A stretch of DNA of 19,847 nt, filler included, from an uncultured virus (IMG/VR IMGVR_UViG_2049941000_000114) (lineage: Duplodnaviria; Heunggongvirae; Uroviricota; Caudoviricetes). It is 6 parts of one record of this genome, joined end to end, with 100 filler letters (N's around TTAATTAATTAA, not from the genome) between each part and the next. Parts side by side here need not be neighbours in the genome. Positions count along the whole stretch, not along the records: positions 1 to 173 come from IMGVR_UViG_2049941000_000114; positions 274 to 1,624 come from IMGVR_UViG_2049941000_000114; positions 1,725 to 2,688 come from IMGVR_UViG_2049941000_000114; positions 2,789 to 4,542 come from IMGVR_UViG_2049941000_000114; positions 4,643 to 17,555 come from IMGVR_UViG_2049941000_000114; 1 more part is not named here. One strand, given 5' to 3'. The position numbers were made by a program, and so were the translations under genes. Below are positions 1 to 8,008 of this stretch, one piece after another. Every line of letters begins with the position of its first letter. The stretch's first letter is position 1. A model generated the notes under the pieces. That model did not search any database. It was not told the origin of the DNA and worked only from the letters and a program-made list of their open reading frames with translations.

Positions 1-171
1 TGCCGCCGGTGCCCAAGGGGCGGGCCGTTTGGCATGTGCAAGCGACGCCGGCGGGATGCGGGCCAAGGCGTCGAGCAAATTCTTGCGGCTTTCGGAACCG
101 CCATCCAGCGCAATCTCTTCGCAGTCAATAAAGAATCGCCCGAGGATTTCGCGGTCCAGGAGCCACTCGCC
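1..171 (-). CDS. Fragment of a GC-rich hypothetical protein (GEWLLDREILGRFFIDCEEIALDGGSESRKNLLDALARIPP...)
   Basis: Minus frame is open across the whole contig with mostly G/C third positions; no recognisable motif; not in the ORF track. Confidence 0.4.
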
Positions 172-173
172 CA

Positions 174-273
174 NNNNNNNNNNNNNNNNNNNNNNNNNNN
201 NNNNNNNNNNNNNNNNNTTAATTAATTAANNNNNNNNNNNNNNNNNNNNNNNNNNNNNNNNNNNNNNNNNNNN
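174..273. other. Artificial scaffold-joining spacer (44N-TTAATTAATTAA-44N); same spacer at 1625-1724, 2689-2788, 4543-4642, 17556-17655
   Basis: Identical 100-nt construct occurs five times and puts stop codons in all six frames. Confidence 0.97.
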
Positions 274-302
274 ATCTGTACAATTTAGTCCCAAATCATA
301 AC

Positions 303-379
303 ATTTAGAGAATTATACCGCAAAAAAGTGCTTATAATTCTCTAAATCTCGCTTTTTTTGTCACATTTAGAGAATTATA
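303..379. repeat. Three copies of a 15-bp motif ATTTAGAGAATTATA in alternating orientation
   Basis: Forward 303-317, perfect reverse complement 333-347, forward 365-379; a further copy at 476-490 lies in an assembly-duplicated segment. Confidence 0.85.
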
Positions 380-544
380 GCCATATTTTTATTGGTGTGC
401 TTGACATTCTTCGGCACAGGCTCACTAGAATCATTTCAATGTCAGAAAATNNNNNNNNNNAGCTTTTTTTGCCACATTTAGAGAATTATAGCCATATTTT
501 TATTGGTGTGATTGACATTCTTCGGCACAGGCTCACTAGAATCA

Positions 545-571
545 TTTCAATGTCAGAAAATGACATTGAAA
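545..571. promoter_or_regulatory. Perfect 11-bp inverted repeat TTTCAATGTCA-gaaaa-TGACATTGAAA (operator-like site or hairpin)
   Basis: Seen directly; function unknown. Confidence 0.45.
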
Positions 572-600
572 AAAACGGGACCGCGCGGTGCGCGGCCCCG
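569..600 (-). terminator. Intrinsic terminator downstream of the FISUMP gene; variant copy at 713-745
   Basis: Minus strand CGGGGCCGCGC-ACC-GCGCGGTCCCG-TTTTTTT; the variant copy changes one G-C pair to G-U, which keeps pairing only in minus-strand RNA. Confidence 0.8.
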
Positions 601-835
601 ATTCATTTTTTTTCAAAGCCCTTGCCGCCCCCTGCCCCGCTTTGGGCGGGGTTGGGGTCTGCTAGGGTTTTCTAGTGGCGCTACGCGCCCCTAGTTGGAG
701 TTNNNNNNNNNNAAAAAAAACGGGACCACGCGGTGCGCGGCCCCGATTCATTTTTTTTCAAAGCCCTTGCCGCCTCCTGCCCCGCTTTGGGCGGGGCTGG
801 GGTCTGCTAGGGTTTTCTAGTGGCGCTACGCGCCC

Positions 836-1208
836 CTAGTTGGAGTTCTCGAGGCAACGAACCGAGTAGGCGAAGTACTTGTAGAAGTATTGCAAGACCG
901 CGTTGTCGGCGTTGTTGTACATGATTATGAAGTAGGCGCCGTCCTCATTGTACTGCGTGGCACTCCAGAAGTTGGCGATGTCGCCAGCATCGCTGAAGTC
1001 GCCATAGTAGTACTTTTCGCCAGCAGGGAGCGCAGAGAAGCCGTAGGCGTCCTCGTTGGTGACGCCGTCTTCCGCTTTCCAGAGTGTTGTACCCTTGAGT
1101 TTCTCGCCTGCTGTGGACTGACCGCCTACTGCGGTGAACAGGGATTCCCATTCCGTATTGCTCGGCAAATGCCAGCCGTCGGGACATACGCCCTGCACAT
1201 CGCCCGTG
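836..1208 (-). CDS. Fibrobacter succinogenes major paralogous domain (FISUMP) protein, C-terminal part, variant A
   Basis: QGVCPDGWHLPS..EW, DAYGFSALPAG, FWSAT, YSVRCL, TAG stop. Confidence 0.92.
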
Positions 1209-1218
1209 NNNNNNNNNN

Positions 1219-1551
1219 TAGTGCTTACTGAGGTAGTTCACGTGCGCACTCTCATATTCGTAGTACAGAGCCATGTAGTAGGCGCTGTTGCTATTGCTCT
1301 CAGTGGCACTCCAGAAATAAGCGTCGGTACCCTCATCGTCGAAGAATTCGTTGCCCCTGTACCCAGCAGGGAACGCAGAGAAGCCGTAGGCGTCCTCGTT
1401 GGTGACGCCGTCTTCCGCTTTCCAGAGTGTTGAACCCTTGAGTTTCTGGCCTGCTGTGCCATGATCGCCCACTGCGGTGACCAGGGATTCCCATTCCGCC
1501 ATGCTCGGCAAATGCCAGCCGTCGGGACATACGCCCTGCACATCGCCCGTG
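1219..1551 (-). CDS. FISUMP protein fragment, variant B (paralog or allele of 836-1208)
   Basis: QGVCPDGWHLPSMAEW...DAYGFSAFPAGYR...YFWSATE; bounded by gaps. Confidence 0.9.
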
Positions 1552-1561
1552 NNNNNNNNNN

Positions 1562-1624
1562 TACCCTTCAGCGATTCAAGCCATTCCTCTTCGGTACCTT
1601 CGAATCCTGACAGCTCGTAGGCCG
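1562..1624 (-). CDS. Fragment AYELSGFEGTEEEWLESLKG, a motif typical of collagen-like stalk proteins
   Basis: Hand translation matches the SAYE...GF.GTE.EWL.SLKG pattern. Confidence 0.6.
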
Positions 1625-1724
1625 NNNNNNNNNNNNNNNNNNNNNNNNNNNNNNNNNNNNNNNNNNNNTTAATTAATTAANNNNNNNNNNNNNNNNNNNN
1701 NNNNNNNNNNNNNNNNNNNNNNNN

Positions 1725-2052
1725 TGCCAAGGTGGTCTTCTTCGAGAAGGACCGTACCACGGGCAAGCTCATTGCCTCTGACATGCGCATGAACGGCGTG
1801 TGTGCAGGCGGTACCGGTGCATTTATCGACCAGGTGGCCGAACTCCTCCGCATCAAGACCGAAGCCTTCGAGGGCTTTGCCAAGCGCGGCCAGAAGGTCT
1901 ACGAGATTTCGGGCCGTTGCGGCGTGTTCGCCAANNNNNNNNNNGTTCTTCGTACAAGAAGTCGTCGCGAACGCCCTTGCGGTCCGTGCCACATACCCCG
2001 ACACCCGTGTCGCTATCGAACTGGGCGGCCAGGACGCCAAGGTGGTCTTCTT
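1725..2052 (+). CDS. 2-hydroxyacyl-CoA dehydratase activase-type ATPase (BadF/BadG/BcrA/BcrD family), two pieces in swapped order
   Basis: 1945-2052 gives VQEVVAN...IELGGQDAKVVF; 1725-1934 gives AKVVFF...MNGVCAGGTGAFIDQ...ISGRCGVFA; the pieces overlap at gccaaggtggtcttctt. Confidence 0.9.
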
Positions 2053-2062
2053 NNNNNNNNNN

Positions 2063-2142
2063 AAGATTTCGCAGTTGCCTTCCGTAGTTTCTCTTCCGCC
2101 ACCGCACCAACTGTTTTCGGTCTGGTAGTTCAAATTTTCCGC
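2063..2142 (-). CDS. FISUMP fragment (AENLNYQTENSWCGGG...GNCEI)
   Basis: AENLNY...SWC motif. Confidence 0.7.
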
Positions 2143-2152
2143 NNNNNNNNNN

Positions 2153-2570
2153 ATTTACAAACATACTTGCACCCACACATCGAATTTTCTTCTGATGTAT
2201 AATAGCGAGCAGAATCTATGGTCGCAAACCAAGAATACAGCCTTCCATATTTTTCGCAATTGGCATCAAGGCTATCCTTGCACATTGTTCTTGCTTTCAA
2301 GCTCGGAGTATTGATGCTGTCGGCATACCGCAAATTTTCGGCCATCCATTCCTGTTCTCCAATCTTGACTGTCTTGTAAACATTTCCATCTCGTTTATCT
2401 GTAAGCGTTCCATAATCGCAATTATCTACCCCACCCACATTGCAAGTATCAGCCAAGACATACTCCGTAGGAAACCGAATGGCGCTACCATCCTTTACAC
2501 AACGGAGAAAGCCTTCATGGTCATTTGAATACATTATATCTTCTAATTCAAGCGTACTACCATCCGGCCA
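2153..2570 (-). CDS. FISUMP protein fragment with at least two tandem domains
   Basis: A domain end (FLRCVKD) is followed by a domain start (YGTLTDKRDGNVYKTVKIGEQEWMAENLRY...CEKYGRLYSW). Confidence 0.88.
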
Positions 2571-2619
2571 NNNNNNNNNNNNNNNNNNNNNNNNNNNNNN
2601 NNNNNNNNNNNNNNNNNNN

Positions 2620-2688
2620 CCCTTTCCGTCGGAGCCACCCTTTCCGTCGGAGCCATCCGCGGCGGAGGCGCTCAATACGTTCCATACG
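2620..2688 (-). CDS. Fragment with Gly-X-Y collagen-like repeats (WNVLSASAADGSDGKGGSDGK)
   Basis: 18-nt tandem repeat; ORF track translation. Confidence 0.45.
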
Positions 2689-2844
2689 NNNNNNNNNNNN
2701 NNNNNNNNNNNNNNNNNNNNNNNNNNNNNNNNTTAATTAATTAANNNNNNNNNNNNNNNNNNNNNNNNNNNNNNNNNNNNNNNNNNNNCTGCTCATCGCT
2801 CGCGCCTTGTGCCTGGAGCCTCGAGCCTTTACTATATTCACTAC

Positions 2845-4083
2845 ATGCGTTCCCTTATCTTCCTGATTCTATTGTCTTTTGCCTTCTCCGCCTGTGGCGG
2901 TGATAGCGGCACTTCTCCGAACAAGGATTCAAATGCGAGTGAAGAAACCGGTAGCGATAAGGTGACTTCATCATCAAGCGGCAAATCTTCATCTAGCAAT
3001 AAAAAAGAATCGTCTGACACATCTTCCAGTGNNNNNNNNNNAGGTAGCGATAAGGCGACTTCGTCATCAAGCGACAAATCTTCATCTAGCAATAAAAAAG
3101 AATCGTCTGACACATCTTCCAGTGTCAACAAAAAATCGTCATCGAGTAAGAAAGGAAAAAATATTTCTTCAAGCAGTTCTTCAAAATCTTTCAAAAAATG
3201 TACGAGTGATAAAGAAGGTGTCAGAGCGTTTGTTACGCAAGAAAATAGTTGGTGTATTTGTATAAATGGTCTATGGATTCCTGAATCTTCAAGTTCTTCT
3301 GTTGAACTCTCTAGTAGCAGTAAATACTATGACATGAGTAAACAATTTGTTTCTAAGAATAATTATAGCTATGGTGAATTTACAGACCCACGCGATGGTC
3401 AAGTTTATAAAACAATTCGTTATCCGTTTGGTTTTGGTGTTGATTCCGTGACTTTTTTTGCTGAAAACATAAATTTCGGTAAAATGATTCCTGCAGGGAC
3501 TCAACAAACAGATTCTACAAAATATTGCTATGATGATGACCCTTGGTATTGTGAAAACGGTTTTGGAGGCCTTTATACGTGGGCGACTGCGATGAATTTC
3601 CCTGCTGTATGCGATAGTTTCCTGACAGGTTCGGTTGAATGTCCGGATACGGTTGACTTAACAGGAAATAATTTAGAACGTTTTTATAATAGTTTTGATT
3701 ATGCTTTTCATAAGGGGCTTTGTCCCGATGGTTGGCATTTAATGAATCTAGGAGAATGGGCCGCTGTACTAAAAGGAAGCGTTACTTTGGATGGTGGCTC
3801 TTACCTTGGAACATCTTTATGGGGACTAGATAATCAACGTGGCTTTTCTCTTTTGCCTGCGGGGATTCTTAAAACTCAGATTCCGTACAATTCTGAAAAA
3901 ATTTCCCTTTATACAGATCTCGGAAAAGATGCTTATCATTGGGTTCATGGTGAATATAAAAATGATGAGGATTCGTTAACTTCCTATGGAAAGAGCGTCC
4001 TTATACAACAACAATACACGAATCGAAGTGCTCGTGCTCCCAAAGTTTATGGACTATCTGTCCGCTGCGTAATGGACTATTAA
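2845..4083 (+). CDS. FISUMP lipoprotein: signal peptide, Ser-rich linker, small Cys/Trp module, FISUMP domain
   Basis: MRSLIFLILLSFAFSA-C lipobox; FTDPRDGQVYKT, AENINFG, GGLYTW, GLCPDGWHL, GFSLLPAG, SVRCVMD; ATG 2845 preferred to GTG 2809; the linker is duplicated across the 3032-3041 gap. Confidence 0.92.
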   Translation: MRSLIFLILLSFAFSACGGDSGTSPNKDSNASEETGSDKVTSSSSGKSSSSNKKESSDTSSSXXXXGSDKATSSSSDKSSSSNKKESSDTSSSVNKKSSSSKKGKNISSSSSSKSFKKCTSDKEGVRAFVTQENSWCICINGLWIPESSSSSVELSSSSKYYDMSKQFVSKNNYSYGEFTDPRDGQVYKTIRYPFGFGVDSVTFFAENINFGKMIPAGTQQTDSTKYCYDDDPWYCENGFGGLYTWATAMNFPAVCDSFLTGSVECPDTVDLTGNNLERFYNSFDYAFHKGLCPDGWHLMNLGEWAAVLKGSVTLDGGSYLGTSLWGLDNQRGFSLLPAGILKTQIPYNSEKISLYTDLGKDAYHWVHGEYKNDEDSLTSYGKSVLIQQQYTNRSARAPKVYGLSVRCVMDY

Positions 4084-4116
4084 CCCTTTACCCTTTCCCT
4101 ATAGTTNNNNNNNNNN

Positions 4117-4519
4117 TTTGACAAAACATTCAGATCCTTTTTTGAAAGGAAAGGTTGGCTATGCGTTTCATCAGGGAATTTGCCCCGAAGGTTGGCATAT
4201 AATGGATGAAGGTGACTGGGTAGATATCATTCATGGGCATGGTTATATTTTGGGAGCCAATTATTTAGGATCATATATATGGGGTGGCAGTAATGAGCGA
4301 GGCTTTTCTCTTTTGCCTGCGGGGGTTCTTGAACCTCCCAATCGTTATATGAATATTGGGGATGTTGCTAGTCATTGGTTTCCTGCTGACAAAAAAAGAG
4401 ATGGAGATTCGTTGACTTCTTATGGGAAGAGCGTTAATATCAGGGATAGGGATTTTAATCGAAGTGCTAGTGCCCCTAAAGCTTATGGCTTTTCTGTCCG
4501 CTGCGTAATGGACTATTAA
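4117..4519 (+). CDS. Divergent variant of the C-terminal half of the 2845-4083 FISUMP gene
   Basis: HQGICPEGWHI...GFSLLPAG...SVRCVMDY; last ~50 nt, including downstream sequence, identical to 4057-4106. Confidence 0.9.
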
Positions 4520-4642
4520 CCCTTTACCCTTTCCCTATAGTTNNNNNNNNNNNNNNNNNNNNNNNNNNNNNNNNNNNNNNNNNNNNTTAATTAATTAANN
4601 NNNNNNNNNNNNNNNNNNNNNNNNNNNNNNNNNNNNNNNNNN

Positions 4643-4879
4643 CAATCAGCGGTAACGTAACTGTCCGTTTCCGGCACGTATGCCGTTACGTAGCAACGTT
4701 TCTCAACGGCACTTGTATAGTTACTTTGGATATTTGCCATAAGCGCTGACATTTCATCGTTTGTCAGCATGGCCGGAGTTTCGAACTCTATCTTTAACAA
4801 CTTGTGGTCTAACGCCTGTCTGTGTAACACTCCGTTAGCATCACGATAAGAGTCCAAATCAGACGTGCTATATAACGCC
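4643..4879 (-). CDS. Second allele (internal fragment) of the Dit-like tail protein at 9731-10138
   Basis: DSYRDANGVLHRQALDHKLLKIEFETPAMLTN aligns with 9731-10138. Confidence 0.88.
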
Positions 4880-5012
4880 NNNNNNNNNNNNNNNNNNNNN
4901 NNNNNNNNNNNNNNNNNNNNNNNNNNNNNNNNNNNNNNNNNNNNNNNNNNNNNNNNNNNNNNNNNNNNNNNNNNNNNNNNCTATTAATTGATGGCATATT
5001 TTATTCCTCCCT

Positions 5013-5246
5013 TTATGTATTCGGAACTCTTTCCGTAATGATCAATGTCGAATTTTGAACTTCAACGTCGTACTGTTCTTCAAAGTTAGCACCAAACACA
5101 AGACGCTCACCTATAACTGAAATGCCGAAAGCCGCTAACAATGATGCAACGGTTTCTTGCGCTACCTCTGCGTAATGCTTACTGTTGTTTGTGTCCTCAC
5201 CCTCACGGGTTCCTGTACCGCCTTGCGCCCATGACTCGGATGTAAC
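5013..5246 (-). CDS. C-terminus of a phage tail-fibre-like protein (VTSESWAQGGTGTREGEDTNNSKHYAEVAQ...ITERVPNT), missed by the ORF track
   Basis: Open frame from the gap to TAA 5015-5013, followed by RBS GGGAGG and ATG 4997 (MPSIN...); the ESWAxGGTGTRxGEDxxNxKxY motif is familiar from clostridial phage fibre proteins. Confidence 0.75.
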   Translation of the reverse strand, partial: VTSESWAQGGTGTREGEDTNNSKHYAEVAQETVASLLAAFGISVIGERLVFGANFEEQYDVEVQNSTLIITERVPNT

Positions 5247-6174
5247 NNNNNNNNNNNNNNNNNNNNNNNNNNNNNNNNNNNNNNNNNNNNNNNNNNNNNN
5301 NNNNNNNNNNNNNNNNNNNNNNNNNNNNNNNNNNNNNNNNNNNNNNNNNNNNNNNNNNNNNNNNNNNNNNNNNNNNNNNNNNNNNNNNNNNNNNNNNNNN
5401 NNNNNNNNNNNNNNNNNNNNNNNNNNNNNNNNNNNNNNNNNNNNNNNNNNNNNNNNNNNNNNNNNNNNNNNNNNNNNNNNNNNNNNNNNNNNNNNNNNNN
5501 NNNNNNNNNNNNNNNNNNNNNNNNNNNNNNNNNNNNNNNNNNNNNNNNNNNNNNNNNNNNNNNNNNNNNNNNNNNNNNNNNNNNNNNNNNNNNNNNNNNN
5601 NNNNNNNNNNNNNNNNNNNNNNNNNNNNNNNNNNNNNNNNNNNNNNNNNNNNNNNNNNNNNNNNNNNNNNNNNNNNNNNNNNNNNNNNNNNNNNNNNNNN
5701 NNNNNNNNNNNNNNNNNNNNNNNNNNNNNNNNNNNNNNNNNNNNNNNNNNNNNNNNNNNNNNNNNNNNNNNNNNNNNNNNNNNNNNNNNNNNNNNNNNNN
5801 NNNNNNNNNNNNNNNNNNNNNNNNNNNNNNNNNNNNNNNNNNNNNNNNNNNNNNNNNNNNNNNNNNNNNNNNNNNNNNNNNNNNNNNNNNNNNNNNNNNN
5901 NNNNNNNNNNNNNNNNNNNNNNNNNNNNNNNNNNNNNNNNNNNNNNNNNNNNNNNNNNNNNNNNNNNNNNNNNNNNNNNNNNNNNNNNNNNNNNNNNNNN
6001 NNNNNNNNNNNNNNNNNNNNNNNNNNNNNNNNNNNNNNNNNNNNNNNNNNNNNNNNNNNNNNNNNNNNNNNNNNNNNNNNNNNNNNNNNNNNNNNNNNNN
6101 NNNNNNNNNNNNNNNNNNNNNNNNNNNNNNNNNNNNNNNNNNNNNNNNNNNNNNNNNNNNNNNNNNNNNNNNNN

Positions 6175-6693
6175 CTGTTGAAAAATCATCTTTAGTCTTG
6201 TTAAACGATTTGTTAAGGAAATCAAACGGGTTTTCCGACTCGTCAAATAGCGTAAAAAACTCGTTACGCCATTCTTTATGTTTGTCAGACAGTTCTTCGA
6301 GTTTTGCAAGTATTAAGTTTATTACGTCAAGAACTTTTCCGAGGTTTTCTACGCTGAAATCGGTCGCTTCTTCCCAAAACTTATTAAACCAACTATCGTC
6401 ATAGCCCTCGTACTTCTCGGCTATTAAGTCAAGCAATTTTTCTAACGGGTCAAGACCATTTCCGATAATGTTAACTATATGCTCTAACGCTTCTTCAAAC
6501 TTTTCGGCGTTTTCTGTAATAGGGTCTGTAAAATAACCAACTAAATCGTCAAGAAATCCTAATCCAAAATCAAGAGGGATTTTAGTGAAAACATCGCCAA
6601 ATTTTGTAAAGACTTCAACTATTTTAGTAAAGCCCTCACTTTCGTATACTTTGGCCATTGTTCCCCACATATTGTTTACCTTTTCGCCTTTTT
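6175..6693 (-). CDS. Tape measure protein, central fragment, divergent allele
   Basis: VYESEGFTKIVEVFTK...LFDESENPFDF aligns with ~11610-12110. Confidence 0.9.
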
Positions 6694-6719
6694 NNNNNNN
6701 NNNTTACCCGCTATTGCGC

Positions 6720-7439
6720 TCATGTGCTAACTACCTCCCATGTTAAGTTACCGTTGTTGTCAACGGCGAATGAATATCCTATGTTATCGTCGTTATAGAC
6801 GAGTTCACCATTGTTGTTTATGTCGAACTGAACCATGCCGGTCATGCGCTGAATTTCGGACTCGGCACTTTCTGCTCTTGACGCGTAGGTTTGTGCGTTT
6901 AATTCTGACGCGTTAGCGTTTTCTGCCGATCTACTCGCGATACCCGCCTGTTCGGTTATGGCACCCAAGTAATCTGTCGCTAAATGTCTGCTCGTTACAG
7001 AACCCTCTTTAAGAGTTGATGTAACACGGCCTGTAGAATCAACGCTTATCGCTATTGTCGAACTGTCAAGGAACTCATACTGTGTAATTAACGCTGATAA
7101 ATCAACGTATTTGTATGAGCCATCTTTACATTCGATTACAAGTCTTTGAGTCGCGTAATCGTAATCGATGTTAACCGCGATCATTGCAAGACCTGTGTTA
7201 TATGCCTGTTCGCTACCGTTCTTAAACGAAACCGTCATAATACCTGTCGTGGTATTAAGCGTAACGTTGCTAACGGCGGTAAGCATATCTGTTTGATTTG
7301 CTTTCTGCGTGTCAAGTGTGACTACCCTGTTATCGATTTCATTTATCGCGGAATCCATAAGGTTTAGGTTAGTCGCGTTAACCGCTGTGTCTGTGTCGGG
7401 GTAGTTAACCCAATTTATTCGAGTATATGTTTTAATCAT
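6720..7439 (-). CDS. Phage minor tail / fibre-like structural protein (239 aa)
   Basis: RBS AAGGGA then ATG 7439; RINWVNYP...NATNLNLMD N-terminus, VDLSALITQYEF, Ala-rich coiled coil; TGA overlaps the next ATG (6723, MSAIAG...). Confidence 0.75.
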   Translation of the reverse strand: MIKTYTRINWVNYPDTDTAVNATNLNLMDSAINEIDNRVVTLDTQKANQTDMLTAVSNVTLNTTTGIMTVSFKNGSEQAYNTGLAMIAVNIDYDYATQRLVIECKDGSYKYVDLSALITQYEFLDSSTIAISVDSTGRVTSTLKEGSVTSRHLATDYLGAITEQAGIASRSAENANASELNAQTYASRAESAESEIQRMTGMVQFDINNNGELVYNDDNIGYSFAVDNNGNLTWEVVST

Positions 7440-7608
7440 TCTTGCTATCCCTTTCTGCAACAAGATTTAATAACTCGTTTTTAAGTTCCTCGGTTTTTTC
7501 CCGTAAAAGTTCATTTAGAACCATCTGCTTAACCGCAAGCGGTAACGGAGAGTTGTTTACGTACTCCGCTATTGAGTTTTTAAATTCAAAAATCTCTAAA
7601 CTATCCAT
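7432..7608 (-). CDS. Small phage protein (58 aa, helical)
   Basis: MDSLEIFEFKNSIAEYVNNSPLP...; overlaps the next gene start; follows the hub gene stop once contig ends are joined. Confidence 0.75.
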   Translation of the reverse strand: MDSLEIFEFKNSIAEYVNNSPLPLAVKQMVLNELLREKTEELKNELLNLVAERDSKND

Positions 7609-7641
7609 ATGATCACNNNNNNNNNNTATGCTCACCGTTGT

Positions 7642-7998
7642 TTATGAAAATGCGGGTAATCCCGTTCGTCTTGTAAAGTCTTGTGACTTATCTTTAACTA
7701 CCTTGAATATCTTGTCCGTGTCGCCCTCTAATACTACGTTTACGGTCGTTTCGCTACTGTCAAGCGCCATGCTCATGGCTTCGAGCATTACAGGTTTTAA
7801 AGCCGTTGCGATATCTGCTGATGCTTCAATCTTTGCTGTGGTAGGATTAATATTTGCCGACAGGTCGTAATTAAGTTTCGGAACCTCGGTCAATTCGCCT
7901 GTAAAATCTCTTACAGAACGTAACGTGTCGTCATAAAGACTTTCCATACCGAGTTTTAAGCCCTCGGTTGCGTACGCGCCGATCTGATAAAAGACTTT
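7642..7998 (-). CDS. Tape measure protein C-terminus, second allele
   Basis: KVFYQIGAYATEGLKLGMES...RTGLPAFS, homologous to 10187-10543. Confidence 0.88.
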   Translation of the reverse strand, partial: KVFYQIGAYATEGLKLGMESLYDDTLRSVRDFTGELTEVPKLNYDLSANINPTTAKIEASADIATALKPVMLEAMSMALDSSETTVNVVLEGDTDKIFKVVKDKSQDFTRRTGLPAFS

Positions 7999-8008
7999 NN
8001 NNNNNNNN

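Noticed and set aside
402..432. TTGACA...TAGAAT promoter
   Set aside because: Spacer is 19 nt and there is no plus-strand gene downstream
301..560. CRISPR-like repeat array
   Set aside because: Repeats alternate in orientation, spacers are too short, and 461-560 duplicates 350-450 across a gap
2951..3124. Tandem repeat in the Ser-rich linker (also 16581-16699 in the gp10-like gene)
   Set aside because: Copies flank a 10-N gap and differ by a few SNPs; most likely bubble alleles
3690..4519. DGR origin for the second FISUMP pair
   Set aside because: Many synonymous changes and an indel; no NNY-focused pattern
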